Assembly: GCA_963750645.1 (NCBI GenBank)
Contig: CAVVRO010000005.1
Coordinates: forward strand, 389,477 to 453,476
Source: an uncultured Microthrixaceae bacterium
Lineage (GTDB): Bacteria; Actinomycetota; Acidimicrobiia; Acidimicrobiales; VFJN01
Direction: 5' to 3'
Length of the DNA: 64,000 nt
Numbering within the stretch: the first letter of the stretch is position 1; each line of letters opens with the position of its first letter. Position numbers and translations under genes: made by a program. Positions 36,772 to 46,975 of this stretch are shown in pieces. The notes under the pieces are model-generated. The model was not told where the DNA came from. It ran no database searches and saw only the letters and a program-made list of their open reading frames with translations.

Positions 36772-37935
36772 ATGGCCTTCATCGACCCGACGGACGATGT
36801 CGACCTGGAGGCCCTCGCCCACCCCCAGCCGCTGTTCGGCCTGCTGCGCGACGCGTCGCCCGTGGTGCACATGGAGGACCTCGGGATGCACATCGTCGGC
36901 ACCGACGCCGAGGTGCGTGAGGTGCTCCACGACACCGAGGTCTTCTCCTCCGGCGCCGACGCGGTCGCCATCGGGCAGGTGCGCCCGCTCATCCCGCTGC
37001 AGATCGACCCTCCGGAGCACCGCAACTTCCGCAAGCTGCTCGATCCGATCTTCGCCCCCCGGCAGATCGCCCTGCTCGAGGACCGCACGCGGGCGCTCGT
37101 GCACGGCCTCGTCGCCGCCGTGGCCGACGACGGCCACTGCAACTTCCACCAGGCCGTGGCCGAGCCGTTCCCCAGCACGGTGTTCCTGCAGCTGCTCGGC
37201 CTGCCCGTGTCGCGCACGACGGAGTTCATCGCCCTCAAGGACGGCATCATCCGCCCGCCGGCGAGGACCCCCAGCGAGCGGGTGGAGATGGTCACCGAGA
37301 CCGGCCAGGCGATCTATGCGGTGCTCGAGGAGGTCGTGGCGCAGCGGGAGGCCCAGCGCGAGGACGACCTCATCTCCAGGCTCCTCGACTCCGAGGTCGA
37401 CGGGCACCGCCTCACCCACGACGACGTCATCGACATCTGCTACCTCTTCTTCCTGGCCGGCCTCGACACCGTCACGGCATCGCTCGACTGCATGCTCGCC
37501 TACCTCGCCCAGAACCCCGAGCAGCGGCAGCGGCTGGTCGACGACCCGGCGCTCATCCCGCATGCCGTGGAGGAGATGCTGCGGTGGGAGACGCCCGTGC
37601 AGGGCGTCATCCGCATCACCACCCGGGCCACGGAGCTGGGGGGCTGCCCGATCGGGGCGCACGAGAGCGTGTCCGCCATGCTCGGATCGGCCAACACCGA
37701 CGAGCGCGCGTGGGAACGACCTGACGACGTCGACTTCTCGCGAGCCGTCAACAAGCACATCGCCTTCGGCGGGGGTGCCCATCGCTGCCTGGGCTCGCAC
37801 CTCGCTCGCATGGAGCTGCGGGTCGCCCTCGAGGAGTGGCACGTCGCCGTACCCGAGTACTCGCTGAAGGAGGGCATCGTGCTTCGCTACTCGCAGGGGC
37901 TGCGCTCGGTCGACAACCTCGAGCTCGTGTGGTGA
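36772..37935 (+). CDS. cytochrome P450
   Basis: 387 aa with heme loop FGGGAHRCLGSHLARME and EXXR (EEMLRWE). TAGATT box 6 nt upstream of the ATG, so probably leaderless. Confidence 0.92.
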   Translation: MAFIDPTDDVDLEALAHPQPLFGLLRDASPVVHMEDLGMHIVGTDAEVREVLHDTEVFSSGADAVAIGQVRPLIPLQIDPPEHRNFRKLLDPIFAPRQIALLEDRTRALVHGLVAAVADDGHCNFHQAVAEPFPSTVFLQLLGLPVSRTTEFIALKDGIIRPPARTPSERVEMVTETGQAIYAVLEEVVAQREAQREDDLISRLLDSEVDGHRLTHDDVIDICYLFFLAGLDTVTASLDCMLAYLAQNPEQRQRLVDDPALIPHAVEEMLRWETPVQGVIRITTRATELGGCPIGAHESVSAMLGSANTDERAWERPDDVDFSRAVNKHIAFGGGAHRCLGSHLARMELRVALEEWHVAVPEYSLKEGIVLRYSQGLRSVDNLELVW

Positions 37936-37958
37936 CCCAGACCGCGAAGGAGGACGCA

Positions 37959-39179
37959 GTGCCTGGACCGCTCGACGGCATCCGCATCATCGAGGTCGCC
38001 AGCTGGATGTTCATCCCATCCGGCGGCTCGGTGCTCGTCGACTGGGGTGCCGATGTCATCAAGGTGGAGCCGATCTCCGGAGGCGACCCGCAGCGGGGTC
38101 TGGTGACGTCCGGCCTCCTGCCCGGTGGGGCCGGGGGCGTGAACTTCATGATCGAGCAGCCCAACCGGGGCAAGCGCTCCGTCGCGCTCGACCTCACCCA
38201 TGACGACGGGCGCGAGGCGCTCATGAAGCTCGTCGAGACAGCCGACGTCTTCCTCACCAACTACCTGCCGCCGATCCGTCGAAAGCTGAGGATCGACACC
38301 GACGACATCCGCGCCCGAAACCCGAACATCATCATCGCCCGTGGCTCGGGTGCCGGTCCCAAGGGCCCGGACGCGGAGAAGGGGGGCTACGACGGCGCCT
38401 CGTTCTGGGCCCGCGGAGGCGTGGGGGCCAGCATGCCCGAGCGCGAAGGCGGCTGGCCGCCCAGCCAGCCGACACCGGCCTTCGGCGACGTCATGGGCGG
38501 TCTGGCCACGGCCGGCGCCATCGCCGCGGCCCTGGTCAAGCGGGAGCGCACCGGCGAGTCCAGCGTCGTCGACGTCTCCCTGCTGGCCACCGCGATGTGG
38601 CAGGTCTCGCCGATGATCATCGCGTCGAAGCTGTTCGGGTTCTCGAAGATCCCCCAGGGCGACCGCACCAAGTCGCCCAACCCCGGCGTCGGCACCTACC
38701 GCACCGCCGACGACCGCTTCATCAGCCTGATCCTGCTGCAGAGCGACAAGCACTGGGACGACTTCGTGGACCGCCTCGGCGTGCCGGACATGGCGACCGA
38801 CCCGAGGTTCTGCGACGCCGCCGTGCGCGCCGAGAACGCCCAGGAGTGCATCGCTCGACTCGACGAGGCCTTCGGCAGCCAGCCGCTGTCGTACTGGAAG
38901 GAGGCGCTCGAGACGTTCGAGGGCGTGTGGAGCCCCTTCCAGACGCTCGACGAGCTCTACGAGGACCCCCAGGTGATCGCGAACGGGTACCTCCCGACGA
39001 TGACCACCGGCAACGGCGACGACGTCGCGCTCGTCGCCAGCCCGGCCCAGTTCGACGAGGAACCCATCCAGGTCCAGCGCGCCCCCGAGCACGGCGAGCA
39101 CACCGAGCTCGTCCTCATCGAGGCCGGCTACGGGTGGGAGCACCTGGCGGTCATGAAGGAGTCCGGCGCGATCCTGTAG
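37959..39179 (+). CDS. CaiB/BaiF family III CoA-transferase
   Basis: GTG 37959 preceded by AAGGAGG (an alternative GTG at 37932 overlaps the P450 stop). PLDGIRIIEVASWMFIPSGGSVLVDWGADVIKVEP. Confidence 0.85.
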   Translation: MPGPLDGIRIIEVASWMFIPSGGSVLVDWGADVIKVEPISGGDPQRGLVTSGLLPGGAGGVNFMIEQPNRGKRSVALDLTHDDGREALMKLVETADVFLTNYLPPIRRKLRIDTDDIRARNPNIIIARGSGAGPKGPDAEKGGYDGASFWARGGVGASMPEREGGWPPSQPTPAFGDVMGGLATAGAIAAALVKRERTGESSVVDVSLLATAMWQVSPMIIASKLFGFSKIPQGDRTKSPNPGVGTYRTADDRFISLILLQSDKHWDDFVDRLGVPDMATDPRFCDAAVRAENAQECIARLDEAFGSQPLSYWKEALETFEGVWSPFQTLDELYEDPQVIANGYLPTMTTGNGDDVALVASPAQFDEEPIQVQRAPEHGEHTELVLIEAGYGWEHLAVMKESGAIL

Positions 39180-39216
39180 CGATCGCACGCGGCTCGGCGT
39201 GGGGCAGGATGGCAGG

Positions 39217-39621
39217 ATGGCGAACTCCTTCCAGGTGACGATCGACTCGGCGGGACCCCGCGCGCTGGGAGCGTTCTGGTGCGAGGTGCTCGGCTACGTC
39301 GAGCAGCCACCGCCGCCGGGGTTCGACACGTGGGAGGACGCGCTCGACGCGCTCGGCATCGACCGTTCGGACCCAGATCGGGCGTTCGCGATCGTGGATC
39401 CCGAGGGCGCCGGGCCGCGGGTGTTCTTCCTCAAGGTGCCCGAAGGCAAGACGGCCAAGAACCGCGTCCACCTGGACGTGCGCGTCGGCGCGGAGGTGAT
39501 GCACGCGCGGGCGGAGGCGCTGGTGGCGCTCGGGGCGCAGCTGATCGGCGAGTTCGACGAGCCCGAGGGCCACTGGATCACCATGCTCGATCCCGAGGGC
39601 AACGAGTTCTGCATCCAGTAG
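39217..39621 (+). CDS. VOC/glyoxalase-like domain protein
   Basis: 134 aa (alternative GTG at 39199) with ...FWCEVLGY...NRVHLDV...DPEGNEFCI. Confidence 0.75.
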   Translation: MANSFQVTIDSAGPRALGAFWCEVLGYVEQPPPPGFDTWEDALDALGIDRSDPDRAFAIVDPEGAGPRVFFLKVPEGKTAKNRVHLDVRVGAEVMHARAEALVALGAQLIGEFDEPEGHWITMLDPEGNEFCIQ

Positions 39622-39645
39622 CGCCTGATCTGCGAGGCTCCAGCC

Positions 39646-40449
39646 ATGGCACACGTCAGCATCGAGCAGCCGCGCAGCGGCGTCCGGGTCCTCACCCTCA
39701 ACCGGCCCGAGCGTCTGAACGCGATGAACGCCGAGCTGGTGGAGGAGCTCCACGAGGCGTTGGACGACGCCGACCACGATCGGAGCTGCCGGGTCGTCGT
39801 GCTCACCGGTGCGGGCAGGGGCTTCTGTGCCGGCCTCGACCTCACCGGCTACGGCACCCCGCCCGGCGGCAAGGGGCTGGGCCGGGTGCAGGCTGGGATG
39901 GCGACGCAGAAGCACATCGCGGCGCTCATCCCGAAGCTCCGGGGCCTGCGCCAACCGGTGATCGCGGCGGTGAACGGGGCCGCGTCCGGTGGGGGGCTCG
40001 CGCTGGCACTCGGCAGCGACATCCGCATCGCGGCGGCCTCGGCGAGGTTCAACGTCGCGTTCGTCCGGATCGGGCTGTCCGGCTGTGACATCGGCGTCAG
40101 CTGGCTGCTCCCCCGGCTCATCGGCGCCTCCCGGGCGTGGGAGCTCATGCTGACGGGGCGGATCATCGACGCGGCGCGAGCGAACGAGCTCGGTCTCGTG
40201 TCCACCGTCGTCGACGACGGTGCGCTCCTCGACACCGCCCTGGCGGTTGCCGACGAGATCGTCGCCAACAGCCCGTGGGGGGTGGCGCAGACCAAGGAGG
40301 TGATGTGGAGCCAGCTCGAGGTGAGCTCCCTGCAGGCCGGCATCGACCTGGAGAACCGCACGCAGCTGCTCGCGTCGCACACCGCCGACATGCCGGAGGC
40401 CCTGGCGGCCTTCGTGGAGAAGCGCCCACCCCGCTTCGAACCAGGGTGA
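39646..40449 (+). CDS. enoyl-CoA hydratase/isomerase family protein
   Basis: 267 aa with LTLNRPERLNAM...VVLTGAGRGFCAGLDL... Confidence 0.9.
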   Translation: MAHVSIEQPRSGVRVLTLNRPERLNAMNAELVEELHEALDDADHDRSCRVVVLTGAGRGFCAGLDLTGYGTPPGGKGLGRVQAGMATQKHIAALIPKLRGLRQPVIAAVNGAASGGGLALALGSDIRIAAASARFNVAFVRIGLSGCDIGVSWLLPRLIGASRAWELMLTGRIIDAARANELGLVSTVVDDGALLDTALAVADEIVANSPWGVAQTKEVMWSQLEVSSLQAGIDLENRTQLLASHTADMPEALAAFVEKRPPRFEPG

Positions 40450-40453
40450 GCCC

Positions 40454-40472
40454 GCGCCCCGAGGAGGGGCGC
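40454..40472. terminator. 7-bp GC hairpin between convergent genes
   Basis: 'gcgcccc-gagga-ggggcgc', 5 nt after one stop and 9 nt before the other. Confidence 0.3.
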
Positions 40473-40480
40473 CCAGATGC

Positions 40481-41044
40481 TCAGGTGTGGCGGCCGAGCA
40501 CGCCCAGGAGCCGGGTCCCGTCGTCGGCACCGTCAGCGACCGCGACGGCCTCGCCGAACACCCCTGAGGCCCGGAGCAGAGGCTCCTGCTCGAGCATGGC
40601 CGGGAGCACGGCCGCGACGACCTCGTCGTCGAGTGTCCTGTCCTGCCCGGTCGCGGTGGCCAGGTCCCAGCCGTGCACCTCGGCGTCCGTGAGCATCTGG
40701 AGCAGGTAGTCGCGGCACGGGATGTCACCGAAGGACAGGTGGACGATGGCGTCGAGGTCTGCCCCGGCGAAGGCGGCCACCGACCGTTCGGTCGCCTCGC
40801 GGGCCGTCGCCAGCGGTTCGGCACCCAGCACGTCGCCGTCGTAGCGGTCCCCCACCTGCGCGATCGTCTCCCCCGCCACGAGGTGGGGCGCCCAGAGCTG
40901 CTCGTTCGTCACGTGGTTGACCAGGGCCCGCACGTCCCAGTCCGTGCACGGCGTGGGCATGGACCACTGCCCGGCGTCCACCTGGGAGACCCGGTCGACG
41001 AACCGCTCGATGGACCGCGTGAAGAGCGTGACGAGATCGGCCAT
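40481..41044 (-). CDS. TIGR03086-like / mycothiol maleylpyruvate isomerase N-terminal (DinB-fold) domain protein
   Basis: 187 aa with W..PTPCTDWDVRALVNHV...VHGWDLA. Confidence 0.75.
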   Translation of the reverse strand: MADLVTLFTRSIERFVDRVSQVDAGQWSMPTPCTDWDVRALVNHVTNEQLWAPHLVAGETIAQVGDRYDGDVLGAEPLATAREATERSVAAFAGADLDAIVHLSFGDIPCRDYLLQMLTDAEVHGWDLATATGQDRTLDDEVVAAVLPAMLEQEPLLRASGVFGEAVAVADGADDGTRLLGVLGRHT

Positions 41045-41181
41045 GACGGCATCCTCCTCCAGATCTCGCGATCGGGGAAGGCCGACGCTCGGCCGACGGC
41101 CGAGCTGGCTGGACTCTCACCGCCGAGGCGGGGCGCCTATAGTCATCTAACACCAACGTCACCATTGCTCAAGGGGGCAGG

Positions 41182-42376
41182 ATGCCGTCTCGTCAGCTCG
41201 ACTTCCCGGTGTTCGACGCCGACAACCACCTGTACGAGACGAAGGACGCGCTCACGAGGTTCCTCCCACCCGAGTACGCAGGGGTCATCGACTACGTCGA
41301 GGTGCACGGCCGCACGAAGATCGCCGTGAAGGGCCGCATCAGCGACTACATCCCGAACCCGACGTTCGACCGCGTGGCCGCTCCCGGGCGCGCAGGAGGA
41401 GTACTTCAAGGTCGGCAACCCGGAGGGCAGGACCCGACGGGAGATCATGGGTCGGGGGATCGACGCCCTCCCGGCCTTCCGCGACCCGGCGCCTCGCCTC
41501 GAGCTGATGGACGAGCTCGGGCTGGATCGGGCCCTCATGTGGCCGACGCTCGCCAGCCTCGTCGAGGAACGGCTGCGCGACGATCCCGAGGCGATCCACG
41601 CCGTCGTGCACGCTCTCAACGAGTGGATGCACGAGCACTGGACCTTCAACTACGAGGACCGCATCTTCCCGACGCCGGTGATCACGCTGCCGATCGTGGA
41701 GAAGGCCATCGACGAGCTGGAGTGGGTGACGGAGCGCGGCGCGAAGATCATCCTCATCCGCCCGGCCCCTGTGCCGGGGTTCCGTGGACCCCGCTCGTTC
41801 GCGCTGCCGGAGTTCGACCCGTTCTGGGAGCTGGTGCAGGAGAAGGACGTCGTCGTCGGCATGCACGCCTCCGACAGCGGCTACCAGCGCTACCTGAACG
41901 AGTGGGAGGGCGTCCGGGACGACGAGTTCACCCCGTTCAAGGGCGGATCGGGCTTCGCCGCCATCAGCGGGATCGGGCACCGTTCGATCATCGACACGAT
42001 CGCCTCGGCCATCGGCCACGGCCTGTGCACCCGCTTCCCCGGGCTCAAGATCACCCCGGTGGAGAACGGCAGCGGTTGGGTGCACCCGCTCCTGCACGAC
42101 ATGGCGCAGGCCTACGCCTTCAACCCCCACTTCTTCGAGGAGGATCCGGTACAGGTGTTCAAGCGGAACATCTTCGTGCACCCGTTCCACGAGGACGACC
42201 CGAAGGGCCTGGTCAGCGTGCTCGGCGCGGACAACGTGCTGTTCGGCTCCGACTACCCCCACCCCGAGGGGATGGCCGACCCGATCAGCTTCGTCGACGA
42301 GCTCGAAGGCCTGCCCCACGAGCAGGTCGCGAAGGTCATGGGCGGCAACCTCGCCCGGCTGATGAACGTCGCCTAG
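41182..42376 (+). pseudogene. amidohydrolase-2 family metal-dependent hydrolase, one frame break near 41.39 kb
   Basis: MPSRQLDFPVFDADNHLYET... continues in the next frame as AQEEYFKVGNPEGRTRREIMGRGIDALPAF...GSDYPHPEG. An extra G in 'cccgggc'. The span is 3n+1. Confidence 0.8.
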
Positions 42377-42387
42377 AAACGGGTGTC

Positions 42388-44028
42388 GTGCCCCTCCGCT
42401 CGCCCAGCTTCCCCGCGTTCCCACCCACCAGCGGCCAGCTCATCCGTTGGTGCGCCGAGCGGTTCGGCGACAAGACGTTCGCCGTCCTCGGCGACGACCG
42501 GCTCACCTACGCCGATGCGGACGTGCGCTCCGCAGAGATCGCCCGGGGTCTGCTCGCCTCGGGCGCGGGCAAGGGCACCCGGGTCGGGCTCCTGGCACCG
42601 AACGGCCCCGAGTGGATCGTCGGCTGGCTCGGGATCACGCGCGTCGGCGCGGTGGCCATCCTGCTCAACACCTACAGCAAGGCACGCGAGCTCGACTGGG
42701 TGCTCCGCCACTCGGACGCCCAGGTGCTGCTCACGGTCGACTCGCACCTCGGGCACGACTACCTGGCGCGCCTCGAGCAGGCCGTCCCCGGCCTGGCCGA
42801 GCAGCCCCACGAGCAGATCCTCCTGGCCTCGCATCCCTACCTGCGCACCGTGTGGACCTGGGGTGCGGTCCGCCGGCCGTGGGCGGCGCCGGTCGGTGAC
42901 CTCGTCCTCCGGGGCGCCGCCGTCGACGACGAGCTCCTGCGGGCCTGCGAGTCGGAGGTCACGCCGGCCGACCCGATGGTGGTCGTGTACTCGTCCGGCA
43001 GCACGGCGGACCCCAAGGGCGCGGTCCACGCGCACGGGCCGGCCGTCCGCCACGCCCACAACCTGTGGCAGCTGCGCGATCTCCGAGAGGACGACGTCCT
43101 GTACACGCCGATGCCCTTGTTCTGGGTCGGCGGGTTCAGCTTCACCCTCATCGCCGCCATGCACGCCGGCGCCACCCTCGTGTTCGAGGACCAGTTCGAG
43201 CCGGCGGCCACCCTCGAGCTGATCGAGCGGGAGCGGGTCACCCAGGTGCTCGGCTGGCCGCACATGGCCAAGGCGCTCGTCGACCACCCCAGCTTCGCGG
43301 CGCGCGACCTCTCGTCGATCCGGGGCGGCTCGTACGCCGCCCTCCTGCCCCAGGACCAGCAGGCGGACGCGGAGGTGCCCAAGGCCAACTCGCTCGGGAT
43401 GACCGAGACGCTGGGCCCGCACACCTTCGACACCAAGGACAACGTGCTCCCGCCCGACAAGGAGGGCTCGTTCGGCTTGTCGGTGCCCGGTGTCGAGCAC
43501 AAGATCGTCGACCCGCTCACGCTCGAAGACCTGCCCGTGGGCGCCACCGGCGAGCTGTGGCTGCGCGGCTACTCGCTGATGCTCGGCCTCCACAAGAAGG
43601 AGCGGTCCGACACGTTCACGGCGGACGGCTGGTACCGCACGGGCGACGGCGGCTACTTCGACGAGGACGGGCACTTCTACTTCACCGGTCGGTTGGGCGA
43701 CCTGATCAAGTCGGCGGGCATGAACATCACCCCGCGCGACGTGGAGGTCGCGCTGGAGGCCCTGCCCGAGGTGACGCTGGCCTTCGTGACGGGCATCCCC
43801 GCCGGTGACCGCGGCCAGGACGTCGTCGCCGCCGTCGCCGTGCGCCCCGGCGACACCCTGGATGCGGACGACGCTCGCGAGCGGGTGCGGGAGGAGATCG
43901 CCTCCTACAAGGTGCCTCGCCACATCGCCGTCTTCGCCGACCAGACCGAGCTCCCATGGCTCGACTCCGGCAAGATCGACCGCCGTCGCCTGGCGGCCAT
44001 CCTCGAGGAACGGTTCGCGGAGGACTGA
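42388..44028 (+). CDS. AMP-dependent acyl-CoA synthetase/ligase
   Basis: GTG 42388. VVYSSGSTADPKGAVH, GMTET, WYRTGDGGYFDEDGHFYFTGR, SGKIDRR. Confidence 0.88.
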   Translation: MPLRSPSFPAFPPTSGQLIRWCAERFGDKTFAVLGDDRLTYADADVRSAEIARGLLASGAGKGTRVGLLAPNGPEWIVGWLGITRVGAVAILLNTYSKARELDWVLRHSDAQVLLTVDSHLGHDYLARLEQAVPGLAEQPHEQILLASHPYLRTVWTWGAVRRPWAAPVGDLVLRGAAVDDELLRACESEVTPADPMVVVYSSGSTADPKGAVHAHGPAVRHAHNLWQLRDLREDDVLYTPMPLFWVGGFSFTLIAAMHAGATLVFEDQFEPAATLELIERERVTQVLGWPHMAKALVDHPSFAARDLSSIRGGSYAALLPQDQQADAEVPKANSLGMTETLGPHTFDTKDNVLPPDKEGSFGLSVPGVEHKIVDPLTLEDLPVGATGELWLRGYSLMLGLHKKERSDTFTADGWYRTGDGGYFDEDGHFYFTGRLGDLIKSAGMNITPRDVEVALEALPEVTLAFVTGIPAGDRGQDVVAAVAVRPGDTLDADDARERVREEIASYKVPRHIAVFADQTELPWLDSGKIDRRRLAAILEERFAED

Positions 44029-45224
44029 TGGAGTTCGACCCGTCGAGCGTGGAGTTCTTCGAGGACCCGTGGGACATGTACCGCTGGCTGCGAGACGAGG
44101 AGCCGACCTACCACAACGAGGAGCTCGGCTTCTGGGCCGTGTCCCGGTATGACGACTGCGTCGAGGTGCACCGTGACGTCGCCACCTACACCTCCACGCG
44201 CGGACTGAACCTGGCCCAGCTCTGCAACGCCGAGTACGGACAGGTGGCGGACGCCGCCGGGATGATGATCATGATGGATCCACCGATGCACGAGCGGATG
44301 CGCAAGCTCGTGAACCGCGCGTTCACCCCACGACGGATCGCGGCATGGGAGCCCGTGGTGCAGTCGGTGGTCGGCGCGCTGCTCGATGACCTCGCAGGCG
44401 CGGTGGCCTTCGACGTGGTGGTCGACGTGTCAGGTCCCTTCCCGGTCGAGGTGATCTCCACGATCGTCGGCGTGCCGGATGGTGACCGGCAGCAGATCCG
44501 CCACTGGACCGACTCGATGCTGGAGCTCGAGGTCGGCAGTCCCTATCCCACCGCCGAGGGCATCGCGGCGGCCCTGAGGATCAGCGAGTACATGCTCGCC
44601 CTCGTGGCCGACAAGCGGTCCCACCCCGGCGACGACATGATCGGCCACCTCATCGACGCGGAGGTGGAGCGGGAGGACGGCGAGGTGGAGCACCTCAGCG
44701 ACGAGGAGATCGCCCGGTTCCTCTTCCTCCTGACCGCCGCGGGCAGCGAGACGGTCACCAAGCTGGTGGGCAACGGGGTGATGACCTTCGCCGAGCACCC
44801 CGGCGAGCTCGCCCGCCTCCAGGCCGACCCGTCGCTCGCCGGCTCGGCCGTGGAGGAGGTGTTGCGCTGGCGGGCGCCGTCGCAGTACCAGGGCCGCTAC
44901 GCGCTCCGCGATCGGGCGTTCAACGGCCGCACGATCCCGGCCGGCAGTCCGGTGCTCATCGTCACGGGCGCCGCCAACCGCGACCCGCGGGCCTACGCCG
45001 ACCCCGACCGCTTCGACATCACCCGCGACGGGCCGCTCGGCATCTCGTTCGGCCACGGCATCCACTACTGCATCGGCGCCCACCTGGCGCGCCTCGAAGG
45101 CAAGACCGCCTTCCTCGAGGTCTACCGTCGCTGGCCTGACCTCCAGGTCGACCTCGACGGCGTGCAGTACGTCCACATGGCCAACGTGGCGGGTCCCAAG
45201 TCGGTGCCCGTCACCACCCGCTAG
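44028..45224 (+). CDS. cytochrome P450
   Basis: The ATG overlaps the upstream stop (TGATG). 398 aa with FGHGIHYCIGAHLARLE and EEVLRWR. Confidence 0.92.
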   Translation: MEFDPSSVEFFEDPWDMYRWLRDEEPTYHNEELGFWAVSRYDDCVEVHRDVATYTSTRGLNLAQLCNAEYGQVADAAGMMIMMDPPMHERMRKLVNRAFTPRRIAAWEPVVQSVVGALLDDLAGAVAFDVVVDVSGPFPVEVISTIVGVPDGDRQQIRHWTDSMLELEVGSPYPTAEGIAAALRISEYMLALVADKRSHPGDDMIGHLIDAEVEREDGEVEHLSDEEIARFLFLLTAAGSETVTKLVGNGVMTFAEHPGELARLQADPSLAGSAVEEVLRWRAPSQYQGRYALRDRAFNGRTIPAGSPVLIVTGAANRDPRAYADPDRFDITRDGPLGISFGHGIHYCIGAHLARLEGKTAFLEVYRRWPDLQVDLDGVQYVHMANVAGPKSVPVTTR

Positions 45225-45271
45225 ACGGGTCTCGGACGCGAAACCCGCAACCGCGTGGGAGCCTGTCGGGC

Positions 45272-46084
45272 ATGCTCGAGGTCGCACCGCTCACCGCCAC
45301 GCTCGGGGCCGAGGTCGGCGGCGTCGACCTGGCCGACGACCTCGATGAGTCCGTCATCGAGGCGATCAGGGCTGCGCTCCTGGAGTGGAAGGTGGTGTTC
45401 TTCCGGGACCAGCACCGGTTGGATCGAACCAGCCACGTCGCGTTCGGCCGCCGGTTCGGCGAGCTCGAGGTCCATCCGGTCACTCCCGCGGACCAGGACC
45501 AGCCCGAGGTCTTCGTCATCCCTGCCGGTGGGAGGTTCCGGGCGCCGGACCGCTGGCACTCCGACGTCACGTGGCGGCCCGAGCCCTCACTGGGCTCGAT
45601 CCTGCGCGCCGTCGAGCTCCCGCCGCTCGGTGGCGACACCCTCTGGGCCGACATGGCCAAGGCGTACGACCTCCTCGACGACGACACCAAGGAGCAGATC
45701 GACGGACGCTCGGCCACCCATGACTTCGCCTCGGCCTTCGGCCGCGGCAAGCCGCTCGAGGTGCAGGAGCAGATGCGAGCGGAGCACCCCACCGTGGAGC
45801 ACCCCATCGTCCGCACGCACCCCGAGACAGGCCGCAGGACGCTGTACGTGAACTCGTCCTTCACCCGTTCGATCGTCGACATGGACCCGGAGCAGGGGAA
45901 GGCGCTCCTGGACCGGCTGTACCGGCAGGCGACGATCGTCGACGTCCAGTGCCGGTTCCGCTGGCAGCCGGGGTCTGTGGCGTTCTGGGACAACCGCGCC
46001 ACCCAGCACGTCGTGTCCAACGACTTCCTGCCGGCCAGGCGGATCATGGAGCGGGTGACCGTGGCGGGCGACAAGCCGTTCTGA
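45272..46084 (+). CDS. TauD/TfdA family Fe(II)/2-oxoglutarate dioxygenase
   Basis: 270 aa with WHSDVTW (HxD) and ...GDTLWADM... Confidence 0.85.
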   Translation: MLEVAPLTATLGAEVGGVDLADDLDESVIEAIRAALLEWKVVFFRDQHRLDRTSHVAFGRRFGELEVHPVTPADQDQPEVFVIPAGGRFRAPDRWHSDVTWRPEPSLGSILRAVELPPLGGDTLWADMAKAYDLLDDDTKEQIDGRSATHDFASAFGRGKPLEVQEQMRAEHPTVEHPIVRTHPETGRRTLYVNSSFTRSIVDMDPEQGKALLDRLYRQATIVDVQCRFRWQPGSVAFWDNRATQHVVSNDFLPARRIMERVTVAGDKPF

Positions 46085-46089
46085 CGCGC

Positions 46090-46108
46090 ATCGCCCTTCT
46101 GGGGCGAT
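46090..46108. terminator. 7-bp hairpin between convergent tauD-like and tesB
   Basis: 'atcgccc-ttctg-gggcgat'. Confidence 0.25.
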
Positions 46109-46159
46109 CCGTCGCGCCGCCCGCGTGAGAGATCGCCCGAGAGGGACGGTCGGAGGCGG

Positions 46160-46975
46160 TCACGTCGGCGCCTCGATCTGGCGGACCATGGCCTCCTGCG
46201 CGAACGAGGCCACCAGATCGTCGCCGGCGTAGACGTCGCCACGGCCGAACGAACGGCTGTTGGCCACGACCGGGCTGTGCTGCGTGACCAGGAGCCAGTC
46301 GTCCACCCGGAACGGATGGTGGAACCAGAGCGTGTGGCTCGTCACGGCAGTGTGGAGCGTCACCGTGGAGTCGGCCTGGGAGACGCCGTCGAAGGGGCGC
46401 AGCGCGGTGCCGATGAGGGTGAGGTCGGTGGCGTGCGCCAGGAGCGCCTGGTGCAGGTGGCGCTCGTCACCCACCGGTGGCGTGCGCATCCACCAGTCGA
46501 GCCGCGGCTCGGCGGACCCGGTGTCGGCGAGGTCGACGCCCCCCACCAGGCGCGTCTCCCACGGCACCATGCCGAGGTCGGTGGCGGTGGCGTCCTCCGG
46601 CGGTCCGACTGCGGGCGGGGCGTCGCAGCGCCGGAGGCCCGGCTCGTCGGCGTGCGTCGACAGCACGGCGGCCGCGATGACCTTGCCGTCCTGGCTGCCG
46701 ACGACCTCGGTGGTGCCGAACGTGCGGCCGTCCTGCAGCCGCTCGACCCGGTAGCGCATCGGCTTGGCCGTGTCGCCCTCGCGGGGGAACAGGATGTGGA
46801 GCGACTTCACCGACTTCTCGGGCGACGCCCCGGCCGCCGCCGCCAGCACCTGGGCGAGGATCTGGCCGCCGAAGACGCGGTGGTAGCCGATGTCGAGGTT
46901 CCGGCCCTCCACCACACCGGGTTCCACCTCCGTGAGCGCCAGGCACGCAACGAGGTCGTCGAGGTCGAAGGCCAT
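46160..46975 (-). CDS. tesB: acyl-CoA thioesterase II
   Basis: ATG 46975 (MAFDLDDLVACLALTEVEPGVVEGRN...VFGGQILAQ...SLHILFPREGD...HTLWFH). Double hot-dog layout. Confidence 0.85.
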   Translation of the reverse strand: MAFDLDDLVACLALTEVEPGVVEGRNLDIGYHRVFGGQILAQVLAAAAGASPEKSVKSLHILFPREGDTAKPMRYRVERLQDGRTFGTTEVVGSQDGKVIAAAVLSTHADEPGLRRCDAPPAVGPPEDATATDLGMVPWETRLVGGVDLADTGSAEPRLDWWMRTPPVGDERHLHQALLAHATDLTLIGTALRPFDGVSQADSTVTLHTAVTSHTLWFHHPFRVDDWLLVTQHSPVVANSRSFGRGDVYAGDDLVASFAQEAMVRQIEAPT

